This document shows, in pieces, positions 8,650 to 18,956 of a stretch of DNA of 64,000 bases (the first letter of the stretch is position 1; each line of letters opens with the position of its first letter). Location: contig CAWAOD010000009.1 in the NCBI GenBank assembly GCA_963783575.1, forward strand, positions 256,001 through 320,000. The letters run 5' to 3'. The notes below the pieces were generated by a model. That model was not told where the DNA came from and ran no database searches. It saw only the letters and a program-made list of their open reading frames with translations. The DNA comes from an uncultured Spirochaetota bacterium (lineage in GTDB: Bacteria > Spirochaetota > Brevinematia > Brevinematales > JAOACQ01). Made by a program: the position numbers and the translations under genes.

Positions 8650-10566
8650 TTGAAATTCGCGAAGAATCCGGATAAGGAGAGATATTTGAATAAAGTTCAG
8701 TCGGGAATCCTGCAAAAAGTTGTGGCGATCAATATAATCGTCCCATTCATTATGTTTATGTACAACCAGATCATATTAAACATCTATAATCCATATACTG
8801 CAATTCCTGTTACCAGCCGTTATTCAGACACGGTTTTCAGCAATATCTTTATGTTTGTTTACCTTGGACTTGGAATTCCCGCGGCAGTCCTGATCGGTTT
8901 TTTCCTTAGGCCGGTAGTAAAAGCCCTGAAAGACAGTTCCCATATCCCTGAAGCCAAGAAACGGATTATTCGTCTCCCATGGGTTGTAATTGTAATTTAT
9001 ATTCTGGGATTTTTATCCGGACCGATTATCGCATATATAATTCCAAGCAATGTCAAATTGAACGAATTTATTTTTGTTTTTCCGGTTTCTTTTTTCGGCG
9101 GCTTCTATGCCGTATCTTTTTCATTAATTCTAACCGACAGGATTCTTTTCCGGATAAAAAAACTATGGGGTATGCATATTTTATCGGAAGAACAGAAAGA
9201 AATTCCTCTAAGAGTTAAATTTCTTCTTGCCGTAATTTCCTGCAGCGGACTCATTTATGCCGTAACTCAAAATATCGGCTATTTTTATTATAAAAGGGGA
9301 ATCAACGCCGATACAGGGCCAATTTTCACGAATATGGCCGTTCACGCAGGCATACTTATTTTATTTGGAATTTTACAGGTTTTTCTTATAACCGGTAATC
9401 TAACGTCAATGATCCGGTATATGCGTGAATCGCTTGAAAGTATAATCCAAGGAAAGGGCAATCTTACAAAAAGGATAAATATTATCAGTTATGATGAGAT
9501 CGGCCTTTTGACCTCTGATTTCAACCGGATGCTGGAATTTCTTAACAATATGATAAGCAGGATCAAGAATATATCGGTTAATATGAATGAATCCCAGAAT
9601 ATTTTGATGCAGTCGGTTGAGAATAATAAAATGCTTTTCGACGGATTCATCGATTCTATCAACAAAATAATGGATGAGATAAAGGCTGAATTTTCGCAAA
9701 CAGTCAAACTTGATGATTCTGTCCGTAAAACCCTGGAAAGCTCAAATCTGATAAGGAATTCAGTCGACAAACAGATGAGCGCCGTTGAGTTTTCGGCATC
9801 ATCCACTCAACAGATCGTAAAAAGTACCGAAAGTGTGAACTCAATTACTCAAAGCCTCAAAAAAAGCGTTAAAGGACTCCTTGAGAATATCGACCAGGGA
9901 AAATCAAGCGTTCAAAAATCGATAGAATCCATTCAATTGATTCAGAATTCATCTTCATCTCTTCTGGAACTTAATAAAACTATTTCCGATGTCTCGGAGA
10001 GAATTAAAATACTTTCAATTAACGCGTCCATTGAAGCTGCAAGCGCCGGAAAGTCTGGCCAGGGTTTTGCTGTTGTAGCGAAGGAAGTAAAAAAGCTCTC
10101 CGAATCAAGTACCCAGAGTGTAAAGAACATTGACCTGAATATCAGGGAAACTATGAACAGGATCAAGGAAGGGACCGGTCTCATCGTTGATACTGCAAAG
10201 ATCCTCGAATCCGTTTTTTCAAAGATTGAGATATTTATCGGGTCGCTGGAAAATATTTCGTCGGCTATGGAAGAACAGGACACGGGTACAAAAACGATTA
10301 TCAGGGCAGCCGGGGATGTAAAACAGCAGAGCATGTCCCTCCTTGAACTTGCCGAGCAGGGTGAGGCTTCAAGCAATCAGATGAAAAGTATAGCAGTAGA
10401 GCTAGTCAGCACGTCCAACCGGATTACAAGCCTCACAGAAGCCCAGCGCAGTAAAAACGAAAGCCTTATCGAAATGAACCTTAACCTGACAAAGATTTCG
10501 TCAACTCTTCAATCAAGCTTTGAGGAAATGAGAAAGATTTTAAGCGAATTTATCATCAATGAGTGA
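8650..10566 (+). CDS. Methyl-accepting chemotaxis protein with multi-TM sensor and HAMP domain
   Basis: About 6 TMs; GNLTKRI..DEIG..FN HAMP; LSINASIEAASAGKSGQGFAVVAKEVKKL. Confidence 0.93.
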   Translation: MKFAKNPDKERYLNKVQSGILQKVVAINIIVPFIMFMYNQIILNIYNPYTAIPVTSRYSDTVFSNIFMFVYLGLGIPAAVLIGFFLRPVVKALKDSSHIPEAKKRIIRLPWVVIVIYILGFLSGPIIAYIIPSNVKLNEFIFVFPVSFFGGFYAVSFSLILTDRILFRIKKLWGMHILSEEQKEIPLRVKFLLAVISCSGLIYAVTQNIGYFYYKRGINADTGPIFTNMAVHAGILILFGILQVFLITGNLTSMIRYMRESLESIIQGKGNLTKRINIISYDEIGLLTSDFNRMLEFLNNMISRIKNISVNMNESQNILMQSVENNKMLFDGFIDSINKIMDEIKAEFSQTVKLDDSVRKTLESSNLIRNSVDKQMSAVEFSASSTQQIVKSTESVNSITQSLKKSVKGLLENIDQGKSSVQKSIESIQLIQNSSSSLLELNKTISDVSERIKILSINASIEAASAGKSGQGFAVVAKEVKKLSESSTQSVKNIDLNIRETMNRIKEGTGLIVDTAKILESVFSKIEIFIGSLENISSAMEEQDTGTKTIIRAAGDVKQQSMSLLELAEQGEASSNQMKSIAVELVSTSNRITSLTEAQRSKNESLIEMNLNLTKISSTLQSSFEEMRKILSEFIINE

Positions 10567-10573
10567 GCAAAAA

Positions 10574-10603
10574 AATTGCCGGCCTTGCTAAAGGCCGGCA
10601 ATT
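10574..10603. terminator. Probable bidirectional intrinsic terminator
   Basis: aattgccggcctt-gcta-aaggccggcaatt perfect 13-bp stem between convergent genes, A-run on the left. Confidence 0.85.
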
Positions 10604-10622
10604 ATAATTTAGTTATCGCTTA

Positions 10623-12494
10623 TTAGTTTGTAATTACCGGGAAAAGGTTTGCGGCAGGCATTGCCGGCATCCTGTTGCTGACGAAGGCGGCCGCGTCGAA
10701 ATTCTTGTTGGCTTCATAAATATTGCTGATTATTGTATTAACGCTGGAAACAAGGCTTGAAGCCATAAAATCAAAATACATCGGCGTTGGGTCCGAACCG
10801 TAAACAAACAAGCCTTTCTCTTTATCCATATTGGTCCCGTTCCAGATATAAACATCCTGTGATTGAATATTCTGCAAACGGATATCGTTGATTGGATCGA
10901 CATCGGTATCCGGGACCTTGGCCAGCCACCAGGCATAATCAGTCCAGCTCCAGTTATCGATATTGGTCGACACACTGCTATCGAGGTTTGTCCAGATATT
11001 AGTATAGTTATAGGTTTGGGTGTCATACTCCTTACGCATTATACTATAGTTAGAGTATGCGGACTGCAGGGCAAGGTATTTCATTGGCCAGGTGTTCTGG
11101 ACATAATAGGGTTTATCGAAGAAGTTTTGAGAACTTGGAACGGTATAACCTTTTTTCAATATTTCGATACTAACACCGCCATTATAAGTGCCGGAATCAT
11201 ACCAGTAAATCGAATCCCCGCTGCCCCATGAGGAAGGAGAAGATTTATAATAGAAACTGTAGATAGTATTTGGTATTACAGCAGTAGCATGGCTCAAAAC
11301 ATTAGAAATTGTAGTTGTAACAACCGGATAGTTTGAATAATCATAGATAACGGCAAAAGAGTCCGGGGCAGGAGTTCCGAATATTCCCAAATCGTTCAAA
11401 TTGGTCCCATTATTCGCATAACTATCCATCCAGCTTGTATCCTGAAGGGTGTTTTGCCCCGAGTTGTTGAACACAAGGCTCCCGTCCTGGTTATAATATT
11501 CGGTCCAGATAGAAGAAATGGTATTTCCGTAACCGCCGCCGGAAAAAATAGAATCATCGGCGCTGACCAGACCGCCCTGAAGATCATTACCCCAGGCGAT
11601 GGAAAAATTGGTGGAAATAACTGAGAAATTAGTTCCCATCACACTATAGCCAGACACATTTTTATCGTAGGTCAGAAGTACCATACCGCCGTTATTATCG
11701 GGATAAATATGATTGATCGTCGCAGTATTCATTGGAGAACCCATGACTGTCTCATTCATTATAGAACAATTCAATGTTTCATTTGAAACCTCATTATAAA
11801 AAGAGTAATATATTCCTGAAATCGGAATTATTCCAGACGTCGGATCAGTAACAGTCGTTGATATGGTAGTTAAAAAGTCAATCACCACTTTACCGTTATT
11901 GTCTTTTACTACTTTTATATAACATGGCAATATGCTCATTTCAGCAGACCCTGGATCCATTTGCATCTTAATAGTCCAATAAATAATGAGTGTGTTGCTA
12001 ACAGGCTGGGTGCACCTGACAACACCCATATCAACCATTGATCCCTCAATTGTACTAGTTCCCAATCGAATATCCGTGTCCAATGGAACGGTATGGTTAG
12101 ACGCATAACTTTTTAAATAACTCATAAAATCCATTACAGGCGTGCTTTTTATCTGCGAGCGCATATCAATCCAGCCCTGGGCCTTTACATCAGGCAGGTC
12201 GGAAGCAACAAAATTAGTAACATCCCCATAAGCCCTGGTAAGTCTCCTCCTGGTAGGCATGGATTTCAGCTTTAAGTCTGACCCGGCCGAGAGGCTGTTA
12301 GGAACTGCTTTTAGCTTTAAATCCGGCAGAGAGGTAATTGTGGTAGAAGCGTCGTTCGTATTGTTATTGTTGTTTACCGTATTTCCAGCGCTGCTTGAAC
12401 TGCTTGATTTGGGTGCAGTACTGCAGGACACAATGACGGTAAAAAATACAGCAACCAAAACCGGCATAAAAAACGTAATTTTTCTTAAACTCAT
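10623..12494 (-). CDS. Surface lipoprotein, Ser/Asn/Thr-rich
   Basis: Lipobox-like IVSC followed by a poly-S/poly-N tether; 623 aa. Confidence 0.8.
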   Translation of the reverse strand: MSLRKITFFMPVLVAVFFTVIVSCSTAPKSSSSSSAGNTVNNNNNTNDASTTITSLPDLKLKAVPNSLSAGSDLKLKSMPTRRRLTRAYGDVTNFVASDLPDVKAQGWIDMRSQIKSTPVMDFMSYLKSYASNHTVPLDTDIRLGTSTIEGSMVDMGVVRCTQPVSNTLIIYWTIKMQMDPGSAEMSILPCYIKVVKDNNGKVVIDFLTTISTTVTDPTSGIIPISGIYYSFYNEVSNETLNCSIMNETVMGSPMNTATINHIYPDNNGGMVLLTYDKNVSGYSVMGTNFSVISTNFSIAWGNDLQGGLVSADDSIFSGGGYGNTISSIWTEYYNQDGSLVFNNSGQNTLQDTSWMDSYANNGTNLNDLGIFGTPAPDSFAVIYDYSNYPVVTTTISNVLSHATAVIPNTIYSFYYKSSPSSWGSGDSIYWYDSGTYNGGVSIEILKKGYTVPSSQNFFDKPYYVQNTWPMKYLALQSAYSNYSIMRKEYDTQTYNYTNIWTNLDSSVSTNIDNWSWTDYAWWLAKVPDTDVDPINDIRLQNIQSQDVYIWNGTNMDKEKGLFVYGSDPTPMYFDFMASSLVSSVNTIISNIYEANKNFDAAAFVSNRMPAMPAANLFPVITN

Positions 12495-12612
12495 AACTTC
12501 CCCCTTATAGAATAATTTATCATATTTTATACCAAATTTCCAAATGAGTCAAATGTAAAATTGTTTAATAAAAAACACGCCATATCAAGCTTTGAGGAAA
12601 TTATAATAAATT

Positions 12613-14112
12613 TTAAGCAAATTTATCGTCAATTAGTAAATAAGGCTGAGGCTCGCCGAAATAAAATCCCTGCGAGTAGTCAATCCCAAGATCCCTGGTT
12701 TTTTCAAAAATCTCACGGGAACATACATATTCGGCGATTGTTTTTATGTTCAGTTTCTTTGCAAAATTGACTATCGTTTCGGTAATATTCTGGGAATGGG
12801 AGTCTTTTTCAATATGCTGGATCAGTGATGAATCGATCTTTATGTAGTCCACATCCAGCTTCATCATATGGATAAAATTGGAATAACCCGAACCGAAATC
12901 ATCAATGGCGAATTTGCTTCCGAATGATCTTATATAATCGATAAAATCTTTAACCTCATCATAATTATGTATATCTTCCGTTTCTACTATTTCAAAGGTT
13001 AAGCGTTTAGCCAGGTTAGAATTTTCCTTAACCGTCCTTTTTATATGCGACCGCATTTCCTCATCCATTATGTCATTTACCGTTAAATTGATTGAAAAAT
13101 CCCTTGAATTATTCTTAAATACATCAAAAGAACTGGCTATCATAGTCCTCGTAATATCCGAGTAAAGCCGTGATTTTTTTGCTATTCCCAGGAAATAATG
13201 AGGGATCACAATATTCCCCTCTTTATCGATGAGCCTGGCCAGGCTTTCATGCTTTTCCACCCTGCGGGTAATATTATTAACTATAGGCTGAAAAAAAGGC
13301 ACTATTCTCTTATCCCGGATGGCTTCTTTCAATTTCTGGCGCCATATTATACTGTTCGCATACTCTTTAGTAATTTCCATCCGTTCATCATAAATAATAT
13401 AGCTTTTTTGTATTTTTTTCGCTCTTTTAAGAGCCATATCGGCATTTGCCGCAATATCCTGCCATATCCTTATAATTTTACTCGAATAGACTTCCTTCCC
13501 TAAAGCAATACCCATGGAAATACGGATATAGATCTCATGCCCGGAAATAAGAAAAAAATTATCGTTTACTTCCCTGCATAAGGCATCGGAAAGTTTTTCT
13601 ATTTCTCCAGGGATTATTTTCCTATCCATCAAAATTGCGAACTCATCTGCCTGGGTCCTGTATAATTTTGAATCCTTAAAAGTCGAATTGTTTAAAAGTC
13701 TCTCACCGAGCATAATAAGCAGCAAGTCGCCTGTTTCATTGCCGTAAACATTATTGATCTCTTTAAATGAATCTATGTTTATAAGTGCCAGTACGGGATT
13801 TTTTGCCGTTTGTGTGTCAATAATAAGCTTCTGCCTGTTCGGAAGGCCTGTTACCGGATCTATGTATAGAAGTTTGATGAATTCATTTTTACTTTTATTA
13901 AAAACATAGATATAATAAATAATAAATGGAAATGCAAGTAAAGCAAAAAGAGCTAAATTTGAAAAGTGATTTCCGGAATACGGATTTTCATTTTTTATAA
14001 AAAATATATTAATAATAAAAAAAGTAAGGGCAAATAAGCTGTATAAAATCAGGAAGAAACCTGCCCTTTTAACAAGTTTATTTATCGATTCAAGTCTTCT
14101 GCCGATTTCCAT
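12613..14112 (-). CDS. 2TM-GGDEF(degenerate)-EAL c-di-GMP phosphodiesterase
   Basis: DPVTGLPNR, QADEF, FQPIV..HESLARL, AIDDFGSGYSN, IKID, AEYV, SQGFYF; probable start MEIGR at 14112, which avoids a 100-bp overlap. Confidence 0.88.
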   Translation of the reverse strand: MEIGRRLESINKLVKRAGFFLILYSLFALTFFIINIFFIKNENPYSGNHFSNLALFALLAFPFIIYYIYVFNKSKNEFIKLLYIDPVTGLPNRQKLIIDTQTAKNPVLALINIDSFKEINNVYGNETGDLLLIMLGERLLNNSTFKDSKLYRTQADEFAILMDRKIIPGEIEKLSDALCREVNDNFFLISGHEIYIRISMGIALGKEVYSSKIIRIWQDIAANADMALKRAKKIQKSYIIYDERMEITKEYANSIIWRQKLKEAIRDKRIVPFFQPIVNNITRRVEKHESLARLIDKEGNIVIPHYFLGIAKKSRLYSDITRTMIASSFDVFKNNSRDFSINLTVNDIMDEEMRSHIKRTVKENSNLAKRLTFEIVETEDIHNYDEVKDFIDYIRSFGSKFAIDDFGSGYSNFIHMMKLDVDYIKIDSSLIQHIEKDSHSQNITETIVNFAKKLNIKTIAEYVCSREIFEKTRDLGIDYSQGFYFGEPQPYLLIDDKFA

Positions 14113-14140
14113 AAATGACTCACCCGCAATTATTTTTTGC

Positions 14141-16171
14141 TCATTTGATAATAAACTCTCTCGGCTCACCGAAATAATAACCCTGTGAAAAGTCAATTCC
14201 GAGCTCCCGCCCCTTTTCATATACCGATCTTGAATGTACAAACTCTGAAATTGTTTTCAATCCCAGTTCCTTTGAAAAATTTGCGATCGTCTTTGCGATT
14301 ACCTGGGCATTAGGGTCAATGTCTATATTCTTGATCAGGGAGGCGTCAATTTTAATATAATCAACACTCAGCCTGAGAATATGCTCAAAATTCGAATAGC
14401 CGGAACCGAAATCATCGATGGCTATTTTACATCCCAATTCTTTTATCTCTTCTATAAAAAGCATAACCTCTTTGTAATTCTCTATGCCTTCGGATTCCAG
14501 AATTTCAAACACAAGCTGCCCGGCAATATTTATATTTTTCTTGATCATACTTTTTATATAAATATTCATTTCTTCATCCAGAATATCGTGAATGGTAAGA
14601 TTCATTGAAAATTCATATTCGGAATTCCTGATTACCGATATAGTTCTATCAAGCATTACTTTGGTAATTTCCCCATAAAGGTGTGATTTCTTTGCAATTT
14701 CAAGGAAATAATGCGGAGTCACAATATTCCCTTTGCTATCTATAAGCCTTACAAGACTTTCATATTTTTCAGGCTTTCTGCTTATATTGTTTACAATCGG
14801 CTGGAAGAACGGTATGATCCTATTATTTTTTATTGCTTCCTTGAGTTTATTTTTCCATAAAATATTGCTTTCATACTCTTTGGAAATCTCCATCGATTCT
14901 TTGTAAATGATAAAATTCTTCTGAAGTTTTTTTGCCTTCTTTAACGCCATATCGGCGCTTGTTGCGATATTGCTCCATTTCTTTTCTTCTATTTTATCCC
15001 GGCCGATTTCATAGCTTCTCGCGGCTCCAAAAGTTACCCTCACATTAATCTCATTATTATTAAGAATGAACGGCTGATCGTTTACCTTTTCGCTGATATT
15101 CATAACAATATTTTCCAATTCTTCTATATCCATTTCCCTGTCAAACAAAATTGCAAATTCATCCGCAGGCATCCTGTAGAGCTTATATTTGTAATCATCC
15201 TGAAGCAATCGAAGCCTGTAAGCCGCTTCCTTCAATACCAGATCTCCGATATTGTTTCCGTAAAAATCATTTATCTCTTTGAAAAAATCGATATTTATCA
15301 AAACCAGTGTCGGACAGTCTGTATTTTCAATGTCAATTAAAATTTTAAGCCGGTTAGGCAAATCCGTAAGGGAATCTGTTAACAATTGCCTGGAAATCTC
15401 ATTATTATAATTCTGGAGGGAATCCGCCATCTGATTGATATTCTCGCTTAAAATGCCGATTTCATTCTTTGATGACATATCAGAACGTATTGAAAAATTT
15501 TTATCGGTAAATGAAATAATAACTTTATTAAGACCGGCAACCGGATTGACAACTGTCTTTTTAAGTATGTAATATATAACCAGCAAAATAAAAAATGATA
15601 AAAGCAGGCTCTGGGTAATAACACTTATAATCAGGCTAATAATATCACGGTTAAAATAATAACCGTTGCCGTATATTTCTATCCGGCCGATAATACCTGC
15701 ATTACCAATACTTGAACTTCCTAAAATATCTTTTTTAATATTAAACAATGAATTTTTCAGTTTTTCCCTGACGGCTTCAGACCATTTAAATTCGGCAATT
15801 CGCAGGTCATTTATCCTGATATATCCCGTATCGGATGGTTCTTCAATACCGGCTGAAGATAAAGCAGGAATATGAATTAATATGGCCAGTACATCCTTAT
15901 TATTCATCTCAAGAAAAATCCTGCTTTTAAGAATTGAAAAATTATGAGATTCAATGGAAGCGGAATAATCAAAGGCAATCCGGGCGGCTATCTGATTTGA
16001 ATTATCGATTATTTCCTTAATCCTTCTATCTCTCTCGGACAGAATATTTATAATTCCATAAACAGCCATTATTATCAGAAAACAAAATAATAGAATGGAA
16101 TTTACCTTAAATGACAGTGACCGTTTCCAACCTGTGACTTTTTTATCAATTTTATCAAGAGTTTTGGGCAT
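14141..16171 (-). CDS. Periplasmic sensor-HAMP-GGDEF(degenerate)-EAL protein
   Basis: 2 TMs, HAMP (NEIGILSENIN), PADEF, YESLVRL, DDFGSGYSN, SQGYYF. Confidence 0.9.
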   Translation of the reverse strand: MPKTLDKIDKKVTGWKRSLSFKVNSILLFCFLIIMAVYGIINILSERDRRIKEIIDNSNQIAARIAFDYSASIESHNFSILKSRIFLEMNNKDVLAILIHIPALSSAGIEEPSDTGYIRINDLRIAEFKWSEAVREKLKNSLFNIKKDILGSSSIGNAGIIGRIEIYGNGYYFNRDIISLIISVITQSLLLSFFILLVIYYILKKTVVNPVAGLNKVIISFTDKNFSIRSDMSSKNEIGILSENINQMADSLQNYNNEISRQLLTDSLTDLPNRLKILIDIENTDCPTLVLINIDFFKEINDFYGNNIGDLVLKEAAYRLRLLQDDYKYKLYRMPADEFAILFDREMDIEELENIVMNISEKVNDQPFILNNNEINVRVTFGAARSYEIGRDKIEEKKWSNIATSADMALKKAKKLQKNFIIYKESMEISKEYESNILWKNKLKEAIKNNRIIPFFQPIVNNISRKPEKYESLVRLIDSKGNIVTPHYFLEIAKKSHLYGEITKVMLDRTISVIRNSEYEFSMNLTIHDILDEEMNIYIKSMIKKNINIAGQLVFEILESEGIENYKEVMLFIEEIKELGCKIAIDDFGSGYSNFEHILRLSVDYIKIDASLIKNIDIDPNAQVIAKTIANFSKELGLKTISEFVHSRSVYEKGRELGIDFSQGYYFGEPREFIIK

Positions 16172-16459
16172 AATACTTCCTATGCTGCATTTTCCCCCTG
16201 ATAATAATTCACTTTAATTACCCCCCCCGGAATACTGTTCAATATACTTTTATCATAATACAAAAATATTAATCAAAACATCGGCAGAATTATGACATTT
16301 TCTTAAATACTTTATTTTCATAACATAATAATATTTTAATCTTAAATTTAAATAAAATCAAAGATATTGATATTTAGGCCGGCTTCAGTTTATATAATTG
16401 CTTAAAAGCATAATATTTTTTACAATATAACCGGTAAATATTAATACATAGGATAGTTT

Positions 16460-17254
16460 ATGTATAAAATAGGCCTAAAGCTCTGGTCAATCAATAAAAA
16501 TTACGGCAGGAGCATATTAAAGCTATTTATAGAGAATATCTGCCAGTATATTGAACTTTATATAATTCCCGGTTCTTATGAAGAGTTCATCAGTTTCTGG
16601 AAGGATATCAAAATTAAGAATAACCTTGATATTCCTTTCATAATTCATGCACCTCATTTCAGTCACGGAATGAACCTTGCCAGAGCCGAAAAATGGGAAA
16701 TAAATTCCAGGCTGGCGGCCGAAGCCTTCTTGTACGCCGATGATTTGATGAGCGGATCTGTTATTTTCCATCCCGGTGTTGAAGGAAATATTGAAGAAAC
16801 CGCCGGACAACTGAAAAGACTGGCGGATAATAGGATAGTCATTGAAAACAAACCTTATTACAGCAATGATGGAAGGTTTGTCTGCAACGGCCATTCTCCT
16901 GAGGATATAAGATTTCTAATGAATAAAACCGGATTAAATTTCTGCCTTGATATCGGTCATTGTGTTTGTGCCGCGAATGCAAGAAAAGTTGATATATTCA
17001 ATCTTATCGGGGAATTTCTAGATTTAAAGCCGGCGATGTATCATCTTACCGACGGCGATATAAACGGAATATATGACAGGCATGACAGGTATGGTAAAGG
17101 AAATTTCCCTATAAAGGATATGCTCGGTATGATACCGCCGGGAAGCCTTATCACAAATGAATCGGTTAAGACTTCTCAGAATGATCTTGACGATGTAAAG
17201 GAAGACGTATTATTTTTGAAAAAAATAATAAATTTGTTAATACCGGCCGTATGA
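16460..17254 (+). CDS. TIM-barrel protein, AP endonuclease 2 / sugar-phosphate isomerase-like
   Basis: IHAPH, FHPG, IENKP, CLDIGH, YHLTDG, DRHD metal motifs. Confidence 0.8.
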   Translation: MYKIGLKLWSINKNYGRSILKLFIENICQYIELYIIPGSYEEFISFWKDIKIKNNLDIPFIIHAPHFSHGMNLARAEKWEINSRLAAEAFLYADDLMSGSVIFHPGVEGNIEETAGQLKRLADNRIVIENKPYYSNDGRFVCNGHSPEDIRFLMNKTGLNFCLDIGHCVCAANARKVDIFNLIGEFLDLKPAMYHLTDGDINGIYDRHDRYGKGNFPIKDMLGMIPPGSLITNESVKTSQNDLDDVKEDVLFLKKIINLLIPAV

Positions 17255-17304
17255 TATATAATATTTAACTTTATAAATAAATAATTTCTGAGAACAATAC
17301 GCTT

Positions 17305-17805
17305 GTGAAAGAGGATCCATTGAAGAGATTAATCGGTTCAATATTGATTTTTTCGATATCATACAGCCTGGGTTTCACCTCACTGACTATAGATACAAAT
17401 ACACTTATATTGACAAATAACTCGGTAACAAATGTTGAATTAAATAAAGTCATAGAACCGGAACTGCCAAACCTCTTTCTAAGAACCGGCAAGATCGAAT
17501 ACGAACCTCCTGAAACTCCCGCCAGAAGATTTGATGTTGTATACTTTGTCGCTATTCCCATTACATATTATCTGTTATTCAGCCTTTTGATAATAAAAAA
17601 CCAATGGGCTAACAGCGGAAGACAGCTCGACAATACTGATTATAATTATATATACACCAGCACATTTGTAGTTCCAATGGCTATCGCTTATTATGATTAT
17701 CTTTATGTCGAACAGCAGAAAAAAATGAAGGAACAGCTCGCATATCAAAAAAACGAACAGATAATTCCAGATATCCAGATCAATCTATTCGCATTAAAAT
17801 TTTAG
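17305..17805 (+). CDS. Hypothetical membrane/exported protein
   Basis: 166-aa ORF with signal-like N-terminus and TM segments, in an operon context. Confidence 0.65.
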   Translation: MKEDPLKRLIGSILIFSISYSLGFTSLTIDTNTLILTNNSVTNVELNKVIEPELPNLFLRTGKIEYEPPETPARRFDVVYFVAIPITYYLLFSLLIIKNQWANSGRQLDNTDYNYIYTSTFVVPMAIAYYDYLYVEQQKKMKEQLAYQKNEQIIPDIQINLFALKF

Positions 17806-17825
17806 CTTTGAATTGGAGTTCTTTA

Positions 17826-18935
17826 ATGAAAGTCCTGGTGATTAATTGGCGGGATATAAAAAATCCTGAGGCCGGCGGCGCCGAAATCCATATTGACGAG
17901 ATTCTAAAGAGAAAACCGCCTGAATGGGAAGTAGATTTTGTATCCGCAAGCTTTAAGGGAGCGCCTGCAGAGGAAGATATTAACGGTTATCATATCATCC
18001 GTATTCCCAATAATTTCCTTTTTAATTTTACATTTATTTACTATTGGTTTATGACATTCTCAAAAAATAATTACGATTTAATCATTGATGATATTTCTAA
18101 AATACCGCTTGCTACTCCGCTGTATATTAAAAATACGCCTATCGTTGCTGTTGACCATCATATTCATGGTAAAAGCTTATTTAAAGAATTACCGCTTTTA
18201 ATGGCTTTTTATGTATATATTCTGGAAAGATTTTTTTTAAATTTTTATACAATAATCCCCATAATTGCTGTTTCTGAAAGCACAAAAAAAGAATTGATTT
18301 CTATAAATAATTATAAAAAGATATTTGTATCTCATAATGGAATAGAATTTGAATTTTTAAAGCAAAATAATCCGCATTTAATTAAAAGAAGATCAAATAT
18401 TTTATATTTCGGCAGATTAAAGAGATATAAACGAATTGATCATATTATTCAAGCATTGTTGCTTATAAAAAAGAGAATCCCGGAAGCCGAACTGATAATT
18501 GCCGGAAAAGGAGATGATGAAGAAAGATTGAAAGAATTAGTTAATGAATTGAAACTAAATGAATCGGTACATTTCCTGGGTTTTATAAGCGATAATCAAA
18601 AATCGGAAATAATTCATGAATCGACAGTATTTATGATTGCATCGGAAAAAGAAGGATGGGGAATATCCGTACTTGAAGCAAACGCAGGCGGCTTACCGGT
18701 TATTGGATATGATGTGGAGGGATTAAGGGACTCTATTAAGGAAGGATATTCCGGTTTTTTGGCGGAAAACGGAAATATAGAAGAATTAGCTGGAAAAGCA
18801 ATTTTATTACTTGAAAATAAAGAATTAATGGATAGGATGTCCAATGAATCAATCGTCTGGGCTTCAAATTTTAGCTGGGATAATATGGCATTAAATTTTT
18901 ATAGAGTTATTAATTTAACTTTAGTTAAAGATTAA
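17826..18935 (+). CDS. Glycosyltransferase family 4
   Basis: MKVLVINWRD..GGAE; GRLKRYKR; EGWGISVLEA (EX7E). Confidence 0.92.
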   Translation: MKVLVINWRDIKNPEAGGAEIHIDEILKRKPPEWEVDFVSASFKGAPAEEDINGYHIIRIPNNFLFNFTFIYYWFMTFSKNNYDLIIDDISKIPLATPLYIKNTPIVAVDHHIHGKSLFKELPLLMAFYVYILERFFLNFYTIIPIIAVSESTKKELISINNYKKIFVSHNGIEFEFLKQNNPHLIKRRSNILYFGRLKRYKRIDHIIQALLLIKKRIPEAELIIAGKGDDEERLKELVNELKLNESVHFLGFISDNQKSEIIHESTVFMIASEKEGWGISVLEANAGGLPVIGYDVEGLRDSIKEGYSGFLAENGNIEELAGKAILLLENKELMDRMSNESIVWASNFSWDNMALNFYRVINLTLVKD

Positions 18936-18956
18936 TATCTTTTTTGGAGAGGATCT

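Noticed and set aside
11640..12200. Apparently different base usage in the middle of the lipoprotein gene (mosaic gene?)
   Set aside because: Visual impression only; needs a sliding-window GC3 calculation and homolog alignments
16221..16228. C8 tract upstream of the EAL gene as a phase-variation switch
   Set aside because: Short, not clearly within a promoter spacer, and homopolymer lengths look unreliable in this assembly
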